Positions 38,746 through 52,025 of a stretch of 64,000 bases of DNA are shown here, piece by piece; within the stretch, counting starts at the first letter, position 1; every line of letters starts with the position of its first letter. The notes beneath the pieces were generated by a model. It ran no database searches, had not been told where the DNA came from, and saw nothing but the letters and a program-made list of their open reading frames with translations. The DNA comes from Squalus acanthias (taxonomy: Eukaryota). The DNA lies in contig CM059432.1 of assembly GCA_030390025.1 (NCBI GenBank), positions 128,218,001-128,282,000 on the forward strand. The letters run 5' to 3'. A program made the translations under genes and the position numbers.

Positions 38746-39925
38746 AGTCGCACAACACCAGGTTATAGTCCAACAGCTTTATTTGAAATCACAAGCTTTC
38801 GGAGCGCTGCTCCTTCGTCAGGTTCAGTGAAGAAATACATATGGGCACAGCATAAATAGTCAGAGAACAATGCCAGACGCCTACAGTTAATCTTTCTAAC
38901 TGCCCTTTATCACACCTCGGTGGAGCCTTCAAACAGCCGCCTAACCTCAAAAGTACCATCGTTCGCAGCAAATTACCCAGCTTTCAGGAGAACAGCGACC
39001 ACGACACCACACAACCCTGCCACGGCAATCTCTGCAAGATATGCCAGATCATCAACACAGATACCATCAACACAGATACCATCACCACACGTGAGAACAC
39101 TACCCACCAGGTACATGGTACATACTCATGTGACTCGGCCAACGTTGTCTACCTCATACGTTGCAGGAAAGGATGCCCCGGAGCATGGTACATCGGCGAG
39201 ACCATGCAGACACTGCGACAACGTATGAATGGACACCGCGCAACAATCGCCAGGCAGGAGTGTTACCTCCCAGTCGGGGAACACTTCAGCAGTCAAGGAC
39301 ATTCAGCCTCCGATCTTCGGGTAAGCGTTCTCCAAGGTGGCCTTCGAGACACACGACAACGCAAAATCGAGCAGAAACTGATAGCCCAGTTCCACACCCA
39401 TGAGGACGGCCTCAGCCGGGATCTTGGGTTCATGTCACGCTACATGTAACCCCACCTGATGTAGAGTCATCCAGACTCGAGTCGTCGCTGGCTTGTTCTC
39501 TCTACACAGATGCGGCCTGCTGTAATTTCCAGCAAAAAAAGTAAAACATTTTTTTGTTTTCCATACAGACTCCAGCAGCTGCTACATTTGACCCAGTGAC
39601 CCCACCTCATTGTCTTTGTTGTATTTTGCTATCGTCTTTGATGTAATGTCTTCCTGACTGACCTGGTTGGACACCATCCACACCTTTGATTGCCGTGATT
39701 GTTTCTCTGCCGAGGTGTGATAAAGGGCAGTTAGAAAGATTAACTGTAGTCGTCTGGCATTGTTCTGACTATTTATGCTGTGCCCATATGTATTTCTTCA
39801 CTTCACCTGACGAAGGAGCAGCGCTCCGAAAGCTTGTGATTTCAAATAAAGCTGTTGGACTATAACCTGGTGTTGTGCGACTTCACTTTTGTCCACCCCA
39901 GTGCAACACCGGCATCTCCGCATCA
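38746..39925 (+). mobile_element. Penelope-like element, 5'-truncated, with GIY-YIG endonuclease remnant and inverted pLTRs
   Basis: Peptide YSCDSANVVYLIRCRKGCPGAWYIGETMQTLRQRMNGHR...VGEHF...EQKLI (GIY-YIG, stop at 39449). 38744-38920 is the reverse complement of 39709-39884. 14-bp direct repeat TTCATAATGTTAGA at 38732-38745 and 39926-39939 (TSD). Confidence 0.93.
39803..39839 (+). ncRNA. Minimal hammerhead-ribozyme-like motif in the Penelope pLTR
   Basis: TCAC-CTGACGA-A-GGAGC-AGC-GCTCC-GAAA-GCTT-GTGA: CUGANGA and GAAA cores, 5-bp stem II, TCAC/GTGA stem I, palindromic AGCT. A mirror copy is on the - strand at ~38789-38825. Confidence 0.7.
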
Positions 39926-40501
39926 TTCATAATGTTAGACAGTACTGATGAAAGGGCAATAAGATCTCTACTTTTCTTAGTGGGAAGTGAACATTAACAA
40001 ATCTTAAGAGGAAAGATTGACTGGGAATAAGACTGAAGAAACTGTATACAATAGGTCAAGGTTGGGATGCACTCATCTGGACAATGATATATTGGCATTA
40101 GTGGTATTCTGAGAACAAAGAATCAGACAGACCTAGAGAGGATCATAATTGGTCATAAAATAGAGCAATGAAAGATGATTTATTCCACCTCTAATTTTCT
40201 TCCCTCCTAAATACATTACCCAGGTGGTGGAATCACAGTTCAACAGGTGGCTGCTCTGCAGTTTTTTAGTTGTCAATTTTCATTTGAGTCTTAGTGAGTA
40301 TTGGCAGACTGACAGTGGAGGGCATCACAGCTGAGCCTGATCCTGTCTGCATTTGAGTACAGCTTGCCATATATCAAGAACAGGACCCCTATTCAATATT
40401 CTGTTCCCTAAGGGCACACTAGCATCCCAGCTGAGATCACTTAATCCAGCAGAGTGCAGATCAAACCTGGGACCTTCCTTTTGGTATGGCTCAGAACCAA
40501 G

Positions 40502-42016
40502 GGGCTCGATTTTAATAACGGATGCGGGTTAAGGGCGAGACCGCTGCTCGGCAGCTTTCGGACCCGCACCGGACTACCGCCTCCCAGCACTTCCAATTTT
40601 GGCCTTGTTACAGCCAATGTGCAGGTCCCTCCAGGCAATTGCTTGAAGGATGTCAGTTTCTCGTGTCTGAAAATTTAAAGGGGGCCATGTCCCCTTTGCA
40701 TACAAATGTCATTGGGATGGCCTGGTGCTTTATTATCTTGAAAGGGGAGTTGACAGCATCTGTTCTGAGCAAAATTTAATGAATGATATTGCTGGTCATA
40801 TTATTCCAGAAAGAGATTCATGATTTTTTGATATGACTTATCTGACTATGAAATGAAAAAGATGCCAGATGTGTTCCAATCATTTGCTTTTTTCCTTAAA
40901 GGTGCTGGGAGCTGCAGCCCCAAAAACTAAGGCTGCACCCAGGTTCAATGAGGGCTCTCTCTATGCTCTTGTTGAGGGATGTAGAGGACATCAGGAGCTC
41001 CTCTTCCCTGGAAACGAAAGGAGGCGGCCTCAGCAAACCAAGGCAGCTTGGCTGCAAATTGCAGATGCACATAGGTTTAGTGTTGAAAAAGGTTTAATGA
41101 TCTGCTGAGATCACCTAAAGTGTGGCCTCTGTTCTGGGACATGAAAGTTCAAGAGTAAGGGCTCAAGGCAATTTCGATGTAGAATGATGGTGGTGATACT
41201 GAGCGCAAACCACTGTTTATTGGACAGATGATAGCTGGGGTTTTAGACTGTCAGACTTATATTCATCTCCATATGCCAGCCACCTGTGGTTGAAGCGTTA
41301 GTTTACACAAATCTGGCATGGATGTGTGTGTCCCTTGCCTGACAGCCATCAATGTGGTCACCTGCTGCTGGATGGGCCACATCCTGCCCCGCACGGTGTC
41401 ACTCCCCGTTGTCCTACTCATCATCTTCCTCGAAGGAGGCTGTGTGTTGAGCCACTTGTTCATCCGACAGCACTAAGCTGTGCTGCTCTTCCTCCGAATC
41501 GGACGAGCAGGATGAGGATGTAAATGGTTCCCATCCCGTTGTTAGATTTCAGTTGAGGCAAGAAGCTTGCAAGCGTACACTTAAAGTGGCCTGAAATTAT
41601 TCCAATCAGTTCAAACAGCAGATGTGTGTCAGCTTGACCAGTCAAGGTCAGTAGATTTGCAAAATCTTATCCCAAACCTCCAACAAAGTTGTTGCATTTG
41701 AGTGCCAGCTATGTTACAGGAGCACTTTTAAAATGCTGCACCAATAATGACTACATATCATGTCCTCCACCAACTCGTCTCCTTGACAAGATGGGAAACA
41801 GGGGCACAAAAATGGGAAACTTGTCAAAATAGGATTATCAAGGCAATTAACTGGCTCTTAACAACCTGTCCCACCCATTGGAGTCTGGTCAGTTTGGGAG
41901 CAGCTGACCAGACACAAAAATCACATGGGGGTGGGATGGCTGCGGGTTGGGGGTCTGAAGCCATTTTTTCCAATTTTCGCAGCTGACCCACCTCCTCGGC
42001 TATTAAAATTGAGCCC
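40502..42016 (+). mobile_element. Internally deleted PIF/Harbinger element with Myb/SANT-like ORF remnant
   Basis: TIRs GGGCTCGATTTTAATA / TATTAAAATTGAGCCC flanked by a 3-bp direct repeat AAG (40499-40501, 42017-42019). ~40900-41060 reads KAAPRFNEGSLYALVEG...ELLFP...TKAAWLQIA (Myb/SANT-like DNA-binding domain). Confidence 0.85.
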
Positions 42017-42847
42017 AAGGTTTCCATCTCAACCAGTGGGAGAGAAAAGAAAGGTTCTTTACCAAGATCAAAAATTAAATGCTGGAACCCAAGGTAGTCA
42101 GCTTGGGGAGTTTGTAACTAAATCTTCAGCAGTAGTGATGATCACAAAATACAACAGCCTGCTTTAGCAAGGGGCCAATTTACCAGCACGTGAAGGGACA
42201 GGAAGACAGCAGTTTGTAATCCCCACCCCCTTCCATGAAATAGCATTCACAGGAACAGTAGACTGAAAGCAGCAAAGAATTCTCAGACTGCCCGAATGGT
42301 ATGACATCCAAGGGTAGGATGTCCCAGCTCCAGTGTTGGGGTTCAGGATGTTTCAAGCTTTGCAGTCACATGATCTAGAAATGGTTTACTCCACTGGATC
42401 TTATTTCATATGCCCAGCAATCTTTGGATTGGGCGTCCTGTGTGTGCGCACAAAAGACAGTGGAATATCTGGCCTATTAACAGCGCTAAAGGGGGCTGTA
42501 ACTGAGATGTGGGGCTAAAAAATGTTTTCCAAAGCTTGTGTTGGCTCAGTAATTTAAGCTGCAAGCAAAAACTAGTGAATGACAAAACCAATGTGGAGGA
42601 AAAGGAGTCTATGGACAAGTAAATCCCTAGGTTGCTGGATGAGATGTGCTTCTGCACGAGATAAAAGCACAATTTTGACACGATGACTTTAAAATGCAAC
42701 ATAGCTGTACTCTGGAAGAATTGCCTTTATCTTGGGACCTAATGGTAGGAGTAAGAGCCTAATTGACCTCCCAAAGAGGAATCATTTGACAGTAACTGCA
42801 TCAGGAATCAGTTTGTGTTGGAATTGCAAAAGAAGGAATGCAGGTAC

Positions 42848-43060
42848 AAAATTCTGTGGCTGCTGAAAATCTGAAATAAAAACAAAATGCTGGAAATCTT
42901 CAGCAGGTCAGGCAGCATATGTGGACAGAAAAACAAACATTTCAGGTCAATGAGGTTTCATCAGTTCTGTTGAAATGTCAACCACCTGTAACATTAACTC
43001 TTTCCCTCCATAGATGCTGCCTGACCAGCGTATTTCCAGTATTTTCTGTTTTTATTTCAA
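42848..43060. mobile_element. Palindromic short repeat with hammerhead-like centre
   Basis: TGAAATAAAAACAAAATGCTGGAAAT...GGTCAGGCAGCAT pairs with ATGCTGCCTGACC...ATTTCCAGTATTTT..TTTTTATTTCA. The minus strand of the centre reads CTGATGA-AACCTCATTGACCT-GAAA-TGTT. Confidence 0.7.
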
Positions 43061-43164
43061 GTAATGGAGGCGTTACCTACATTACCTAACCCAGCAGGGA
43101 AATCCAAGAGGAAGGAAGTTGGTCGCAAAACAAACATCATTCAGGTGCAAAGTGATCAAAGTCC

Positions 43165-45246
43165 TGTCTTCACACTGAAGACACTCCATCGTGTTGTGGG
43201 GCACTACCACCGTAATAAATGGGAGAGATTCAGAACAGATCTAGCAACTTAAAACTGGGCAGCCATGAGACTCTATGGGCCATCAGCAGCAGCAGAATTG
43301 TATTCTACCACAATCTGTAAACCTCATGGCCATGCAAAACCCTCACTCTACCATTACCATCAAGCCAAGGAACCAACCCTGGTTCAATGAAGAGTGTAGA
43401 AGAGCAGCACCAGTCATACCTAAAAATGAAGTGCCAACCTGGTGAAGCTACAACACAGGACTATATACATGCAAAACCACATACTATAGCCAGAGCTAAG
43501 CGATCCCACAACCAACAGATCAAATCAAAGCACTGCAGTCCTGCTGCATCCAGTCATGAATGGTGGTGGACAATTAAACAACTAACAGGAGGAGGCTCCA
43601 TGAACATCCCCAGCCTCAATGATGGTGGAGTCCAGCACGAGTGTAAAAGATAACGCTGAAGCGTTCGCAACCATCTTTAGCCAGAAGTGCCGGATCCATC
43701 TGTCTCCTGAGGTCCCCAACATCACAGAAGCCAGTCTTCAGACAATTCGATTCACTCCACGGGATATCAAAAAATGGCTCAGCACACTGGATATAGCAAA
43801 GGTTATGGGCCCTGACTACATCCCAGCAGTCGTGCTGAAGACTTCTGCTCCAGAACTAGCCGCACCTCTAGCCAAGCTGTTCCAGTACAGCTACAACACT
43901 AGCATCTACGCAACAATGTGGAAAAATTGCCCGGGTATGTCCTGCCCACAAAAAGCAGGACAAATCCAATCTGGCCAATTACTGCCCCATCAGTCTACTC
44001 TCAATCAGCAGCAAAATGATGGAACTTATTGACAGTGCTATCAAGCGGCACTTACTCACCAATAACATGCTCAGTTTGGGTTCCACCAGGACCACTCTGC
44101 TCTAGACCTCATTATAGCCTTGGTCCAAACATGGACAAAAGAGCTGAATTCCAGAGGTGAAGTGAGAGTGATTTCCCTCGACGTCAAGGCAGCATTTGAC
44201 AGTGTGGCACCCCGGAGCCCTGGTAAAATTGAAGTCAATGGGGCAACAGGGAAAACTCTACTGGCTGGAGTCATACCTAGCCCCAGGACATCACTGCAGG
44301 AGTTCCTCAGGGCAGTGTCCTAGGCCCAACCATCTTCAGCTGCTTCATGAATGACCTTCCCTCCATCATAAGGGCAGAAGTGGGGATGTTCACTGATAAT
44401 TGCAGTGTTCAGTTCCATTCGCAACTCCTCAGATAATGAAGCCGTCTGTGCCCACATACAGCAGGACCTGGACAACATTCAGTCTTGGGTTGATAAGTGG
44501 CAAGTAACTTGTGCGCCACACGAGTGCCAGACAATGACTATCTCCAACAGGATAGAGCCTAACCACCACCCCAGGACATTAAACAACATTTTACCATCAC
44601 CAAATCCCCCACCATCGAGATCCTGGGGTCACCATTGGTCCAGTTCAACCACAAATACTGTGGCTACAAGAGCAAGTCAGAGGCTGGGTATTCTGCAGCA
44701 ACTGTCTCACTCCTGACTTCCCAAAGCCCTTCTACCATCTACAAGGCACAAGTCAGGAGTGTGATGGAATACTCTCCACTTGCCTGGATGAATGCAGCTC
44801 CCAGCAAGAAGCTTGACACCATCCAGGACAAAGCAGCCCACTTGATTGGTTCCCCATCCACACCTTAAACATTTATTCCACCACCAGTGAGCCGTGGCTG
44901 CAGTGTGTACTATCTACAAGATGCAGTGCAGCAACTTGTCAAAGCTTCCACAGCACCTCCAAAACCCACAACCTCTACCACCTAGAAGGACAAGGGCAGC
45001 AGGCACATGGGAACACCACCACCTCCAAGTCACGTACCATCCTGACTTGGAAATATCACTGTTCCTTCATCATCACTGGGACAAAATCCTGGAACTTGCT
45101 CCCCAACAGCACCAAGGAGTACCTTCACCACACAGACTGCAGCGGTTCAAGGCAGCAGCTTACCGCCGCCTTCAAGGGCAATTAGAGATGGGCAATAAAT
45201 GCTGGCCTTGCCAGCGACACCCACATCCTATGAACGAATAAAAAAA
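43165..45246 (+). mobile_element. Non-LTR retrotransposon family B (clade not determined), 5'-truncated, degenerate, poly(A) end
   Basis: RT motifs [46 protein letters not shown] and YKAQVRSVMEYSPLAW; ends GAACGAATAAAAAAA. Confidence 0.88.
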
Positions 45247-45479
45247 GCTAATGGGATGTAGAATCTAAAAAAGGTCAGGAAGTACTACTATCTATATAGT
45301 ATTGGTCAAGACCTAATTAGAATATTGTTCACTTATGGGTACTCCACCTTTGCCATAATATACCAGCTTTAGAGGATAATAGCCAAAATGAAGGGACGAG
45401 TTCTGATGAACTGGGTAAATTTGTTTCATGTTTCCGAGAGTTGAGATTGGGTATGAACTAGGGGGCACCCAATAGGAAA

Positions 45480-45722
45480 TGGAGAAATTTCTTCTGAGGG
45501 TCGTGAATCTTTGGAATTCTCTTCCCCAGAGAGCTGTGGAGGCTGGGTCATTGAATATATTTAAAGGTGGAGATACAGATTTTTGAAAGGTAAGGGAGCC
45601 TAGGGTTATGGGGAGCAGGCAGGGAAGTGGAGTTGAGGCCAAGATCAGATCAGCCATGATCTTATTGAATGGTGGAGCAGGCTTGAGGGGCCAAATGACC
45701 TACTCCTGCTCCTACGTCTTAT
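45480..45722 (+). mobile_element. CR1 3' end fragment
   Basis: Reverse-complement match to the CR1 tail at 46590-46815 (GAATCTTTGGAATTCTCT..CCCAGAG, ATCAGCCATGAT). Confidence 0.8.
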
Positions 45723-46584
45723 GCAGATCACACCCAATGAAGGTAATTGACAATAGATTACCCTTCCATTTAGTTGGGAAAACAAACAAGAAATTTGTAT
45801 TTCAGTAAACTGCTTAAATCCAGTAAAAACAGGGTTGAAAATGTGGAGCATTGTCCCAGAAGGCCATAGATCCAAAGTCAATTGAAATATTTAAAATGCA
45901 ATAGTAAAAGTAAAAAGGGATATGGAGAAAAGTCAATGAATTGGAATCAAGAGATCTGCAATGACCACCTACAACAAAAGACTTTATCCTTGCAACCATC
46001 TTCCAGGCAGCAATTGGACTGCTGTTCACATTCCCAGCTACTTGTGATTATAAGTATTTATAATTACCAGGCTGTGAAAGGACCAGGGGCATCAAAGAAA
46101 CTGGCATCCATTTCCAAGAAATTGAAAAGAAAGGTCTAAGATGTTCACCCATATTTTTACATTACTGAGAGCATTCCATGGGGCAGAGGCACCCACCCAC
46201 ATCGAAGATCATCTCAGTTTAAAGATTATGAAAGAAAAATAAAACCTCAAGATTCCTTAAGTGTTATTTTCGAGCCAGGAATTAAGTAATGTGAAAGGTA
46301 TAAAGTTCTGCTTTGTACATTTTGCTTTGGAATTAATTTGTGAATACAAGTTCAATTTGTAGTTTTTAAACCTTACAAGAAAAGTCTGATAGCATGAATT
46401 TTTTTTGCCAATTGATGAGGTCAGGGGCACTCTGGATATCTGCTACATTATTTCTGGCATAAATTGTCTCCATTAAAGGGCAATTGTTAATCTTGTAGCA
46501 CACTAACTCATGCACTTCACACATGATTTGGTTCATAGATCTGCCTGTGGAAACTGCTTCATTGCTGCAAGCATGAGTAGAATG

Positions 46585-49500
46585 AAGAACGAACATAAAT
46601 AGGAGCAGGAGTAGGCCGTTTGGCACTAAGCCATTCAATATCATGGCTGATCTTCTAAATCACCTCCACTTGACTGCACTATCCCCATATCCCTCAATTT
46701 CCTTAATATCCAAAAATCTATCGATCACTGTCTTGAATATACTCAAAGACTGAGCCTCCACAGCCCTCTGGGGTAGAGAATTCCAAAGATTCACCACCCT
46801 CAGAAGAAATTTCTCCTCATCTCAATCCTAAATGGCCGACCCCTTATTAGGAGACTCTGACCCCTCATTCCAGACTCCCCAGCCAAGGGAAACATCCTCC
46901 CTGTCAAGCCCTGTAAGAATTTTGTATGTTTCAATGAGATCACCTCTCATTCTTCTAAACTCCAGAGAATATAGGCCTAGTCTACTCAATCTCTCCTCAT
47001 AGGACAATCCCAGGAACCAGTCTGGTGAACCTTCATTGCACTCCCTCTATGGCAAGTATATCCTTCCTTCGGTAAGGAGACTAAAACTGTACACAATACT
47101 CCAGGTGTGGTCTCACCAAGGCCCTACATAATTGCAGTAAGACATCTTTATTACAAGAGGATTTGAGTATAAGAGTAAAGGCCAACATACTATTTGCTTT
47201 CCCAATTACTTGCTGTACCTGCATGTTAACTTTGTGATTTGTGCACAAGGACACCCAGGTCCCTCTGAACACCAACATTTTCCAATCTGACCATTTAAAA
47301 AATACTCTGCTTTTCTATTTTTCCTACCAAAGTGGATAACTACACATTTCTCCACATTATATTCCATTTGCCATGTTCTTGCCCACTCACTTAGCTTGTC
47401 TCTATCCCCTTGAAGCCTCCTTGCATCCTCCTCACAACTTACATTCCCACCCAGCTTTGTATCATCAGCAAACTTGGATATATTACATTTGGTCCCCTCA
47501 TCCAAATCATTGATGTAGATTGTGAATAGCTGAGGCCCAAGCACTGATCCTTGTGGTACCCCACTAGTTCCAGCTTGCCAACCCAAAAATTACCAGTTTA
47601 TTCTTGCTCTGTTTTCTGTCCATTAACCAATCCTCAATCCATGCTAGTATATTACCCCCAATCCCATGAGCCCTAATTTTGTTTAAAAATACATGTGGCA
47701 CCTTAGCAAATCTGTGTTGACTCTGCCCAATCCTATTATTTTTTAAGTGCCCTGTTACCACATCCTCAATAGATTCTAGCATTTTCCCTACTACTGATGT
47801 CAGGCTAAGTGATCTGTAGTTACCCATTTTCTCTCCCTCCTTTCTTAAATAGTGGGGTTACATTTGCTACCTTCCAATCCGTGGGAACCGTTCTAGAATC
47901 TATGGAATTTTGGAAACTGAACCAATGCACCACTATCTCTATAGCCACCTCTTTCAAAACCCTAGGATGTAGGCCATCAGGTCCAGGGGATTTAATCGGC
48001 TTTCAGTCCCATTAATTTCTCCAGTACTTTTTTTTTTACTAATACTAATTTCTCTCAGTTCCTCATTCTCGCTGGAGCCTTGGTTCTCCACTATTTCCAG
48101 GAAGTTTTTTTGCATCTTCCATGAAGACAGACACAAAGTATGTGTTTAATTTCACTGCCATTTGCTTATTCCCCATTATAATTTCTCCTGCCTCAGCCTG
48201 TAAGGGACCCACATTTACTTTAGCTAATTTTTTCCTTTTTACATACCTATAGAAGCTTTTACAGTCTTATGTCTCTCGCTAGTTTAATCATTCTATTTTC
48301 ACTTTCTTTATCAATTTCTCAGTCCTCCTTTGCTGAATTCTAAAATCCTCCCAATCTTCAGGTTTATTACTCTTTTTGGCAACATTACAAGTCTCTTCCT
48401 TTGATCTAATACTATCTTTAACTTTTGTTAGCCACGGTTGGACCACTTTTCCTGTGGGGTTTTTGTGCCTTAAAAGGAATGTATATTTGTTATAAATTGT
48501 GTATTCATTCTTTAAATGCTAGCCATTGCTTGTCTACTGTCATACCTTTTAATATAGTTTCCCAACTCGCCCCTCATACCTATGTAGTTTGCTTTGTTTA
48601 GATTTAAGACCCTAGTTTCGGATTTAACCAAGTCACTTTCAAACTCAATAGAAAATGCTATCATATTATGGTCACTCTGCCCTAAAGGCCCCTTTACTAC
48701 AAGGTTATTAATTAACCCTTTCTCATTGCACAATACTAGATCTGAAATAGCCTGTTCCCTAGTTGGTTCCTCAACATACTGATCTAGAAAACTATAGACA
48801 GAACAGTACAGCACAGTACAGGCCCTTCGGCCCTCGATGTTGTGCCGAGCATTGTCCGAGACCAAGATCAAGCTATCACACTCCCGATCACTCTGGTGTG
48901 CTCCATGTGCTTATCCAATAACCGCTTGAAAGTTCCTAAAGTGTCCGACTCCACTATCACAGCAGGCAGTCCATTCCACACCCCAACCACTCTGAGTAAA
49001 GAATCTACCTCGGACATCCCTTCTATATCTCCCCCCATGCACCTTATAGTTATGCCCCCTTGTAACAGCTGCCTCTACCCGAGGAAATAGTCTCTGAACA
49101 TCCACTCTAGCTATCCCCCTCATCATCTTATAAACCTCTATTAAGTCGCCTCTCATCCTCCTCCGCTCTAAAGAGAAAAGCCCCAACTCCCTCAATCTTT
49201 CCTCATAAGACCTCCCCCCCAAACCAGGCAGCATCCTGGTAAATCTCCTTTGCACTCTTTCCAATGCTTCTACGTCCTTCCTATAGTGAGGTGACCCAGA
49301 ACTGCACACAATATTCCAAATGTGGTCTCACCAAGGTCCTGTACAGTTGCAGCATAACCTCACGGTTCTTAAACTCAAACCCTCTGTTAATAAATGCTAA
49401 CACACCATAGGCCTTCTTTACTGCTCTATCCACTTGAGTGGCAACCTTCAGAGATCTGTGGATATGAACCCCCAGATCCCTCTGCTCCTCCACGTTCCTC

Positions 49501-52025
49501 AGAACCCTGCCGTTGACCCTGTAATCCTTATTCAAATTTGCCCTACCAAAATGAATCACCTCGCACTTATCAGGGTTAAATTCCATCTGCCATTTTTCGG
49601 CCCAGCTCTGCATCCTATCAATGTCTCTTTGCAGCCTACAACTGCCCTCCACCTCATCCACTACTCCACCAATCTTGGTGTCATCAGCAAATTTACTGAT
49701 CCACCCTTCAGTCCCCTCCTCCAAGTCATTGATAAAAATCACAAACAGCAGAGGACCCAGCACCAACCCCTGTGGCACACCGCTGGTAACTGGTCTCCAG
49801 TCCGAAAGTGTTCCATCCACCACCACCCTCTGCCTTCTATGAGTTAGCCAGTTACTTATCCAATCGGCCAAATTTCCCTCTATCCCACAACTCCTTACTT
49901 TCTTCATGAGACGACCATGGGGAACCTTATCAAACGCCTTACTAAAATCCATGTATACGACATCAACTGCTCTACCTTCATCTACACACTTAGTTACCTC
50001 CTCAAAGAATTCAATCAAATTTGTTAGGCAAGACTTATCCTTCACGAATCCGTGTTGACTATCCCTGATTAAGTTGCCCCTTTCCAAATGGTCATAAATC
50101 CTATCCCTCAGGACCTTTTCCATTATCTTACCAACCACCGAAGTAAGACTAACCGGCCTATAATTACCAGGGTCATTCCTATTACCTTTCTTGAAGAGAG
50201 GAACAACATTCGCCACTCTCCAGTCCTCTGGCACCATCCCCGTGGACAGTGAGGACCCAAAGATCAAAGTCAGAGGCTCTGCAATCTCCTCCCTTGCCTC
50301 CCAAAGAATCCTAGGATATATCCCATCTGGCCCAGGGGACTTATCGACCCTCAGGTTCTTCAAAATTGCTAAAACATCTTCCCTCAGAACATCTACCACC
50401 TCCAGCCTATCCACCTTTATCACACTCATCCTCAAGAACATGGCCCCTCTCCTCGGTGAACACTGACGAAAAGTATTCATTCATCACCTCTCCTATCTCT
50501 TCTGACTCCATGCACAAGTTCCCACTACTGTCCTTGACTGGCCCTACCCTCACCCTGGTCATTCTTTTATTTCTCACATAAGAGTAAAAAGCCTTGGGGT
50601 TTTTCTTGATCCGACCCGCCAAGGACTTCTCATGCCCCCTCCTAGCTCTCCTAAGCTCTTTTTTTAGTTCATTCCTTGCTACCTTGTACCCCTCAATCGA
50701 CCCAACTGAACCTTGTTTTCTCATCCTTACATACGCTTCCTTTTTCCTCTTGACTAGACATTCAACCTCTTTTGTGAACCATGGTTCTCTCACTCGGCCA
50801 TTTCCTCCCTGCCTGACAGGGACATACCTATCAAGGACACGCAGTAATTGCTCCATGAAAAAGCTCCACTTTTCGCTTGTGCCTTTCCCTGATAGTATAA
50901 GATGGGAACAGAAACTCCCTAATTCTTGCCTAATCGCATCATAATTACCCCTCCCCCAATTATAAACCCTGCCCTGCCGTATGGCCCTATCCCTCTCCAT
51001 TGCAATAGTGAAAGTTACCGAATTGTGGTCACTATCTCCAAAGTGCTCTCCCACATACAAATCAAACACTTGGCCCGGTTCATTACCCAGTACCAAATCC
51101 AACGTGGCCCCACCTCTTGTCGGCCTATCCACATATTGTGTCAGGAAACCCTCCTGCACACACGGTGCAAAAACTATCCCATCCGAACTGTTTGACCTAT
51201 AAAGGTTCCAATCAATATTTGGAAAGTTGAAGTCACCCATGACAACTACTCTGTGACCTCCACACCTATTCATAATCTGCTTTGCAATTTCTTCCTCCAC
51301 ATCTTTATTACTATTTGGGGGCCTGTAGAAAACTCCTAACAACGTGACCGCTCCTTTCCTATTTCTAACTTCAGCCCATATTACCTCAGACGGCAGATCC
51401 CCCTCGAACTGCCTTTCTGCCGCTGTTAAACTATCCTTGATTAACAATGCTACTCCTCCACCTTTCTTACCAACTTCCCTACTCTTACTGAAACATCTAT
51501 ACCCCGGAACTTCCAACAACCATTCCTGTCCCTGTTCTAACCATGTCTCCGTAATGGCCACCACATCGTAGTCCCAAGTACCAATCCACGCTCCAAGTTC
51601 TCCTACCTTATTCCGGATGCTCCTTGCATTGAAGTAGACACAATTCAAGCCATCTTCCTGTCTGCCGGTACATTCCTGCGACCTTGATACCCTCCTCAGT
51701 ACCTCCCTACACTCACCACTGGCTCGTGGACTACAGCCCTTTTTCCCATCCCCCTGACAAATTAGTTTAAACCCCCCCCGAAGAGCCGTAGCAAATTTCC
51801 CTCCCAGGATATTGGTGCCCCTCTGGTTCAGGTGCAAACCGTCCTGTTTGTACAGGTCCCACCTTCCCCTATCTTGTATACATTCCATGAATTTGTCCTC
51901 CACACTATTACTGCAAATTTGGTTTGCCCAGTCTATATGTAGATTAAAGTCCCCCATGATTACAGTATTACCCTTGTTACATGCACCTCTAATTTCCTGA
52001 TTTATACTCTGCCCTACATTACAAC
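46585..52025 (-). mobile_element. Older CR1 LINE (EN-RT, degenerate) split by a nested CR1 insertion
   Basis: RT and tail at 46585-48795 ([23 protein letters not shown]). The EN domain MGDFNLHIDW...MECIQD (51870-52025) continues as SFLDQYVEEPTR at ~48795. Confidence 0.88.
48796..51868 (-). mobile_element. Young CR1 LINE: ORF1 C-terminus plus almost complete ORF2 (EN-RT), few frameshifts
   Basis: Long open stretches (ORFs 50407-52128, 49281-50480, 48911-49309) with [40 protein letters not shown] and FADD; flanked by a duplicated CTAT (48792-48795, 51869-51872). Confidence 0.95.
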
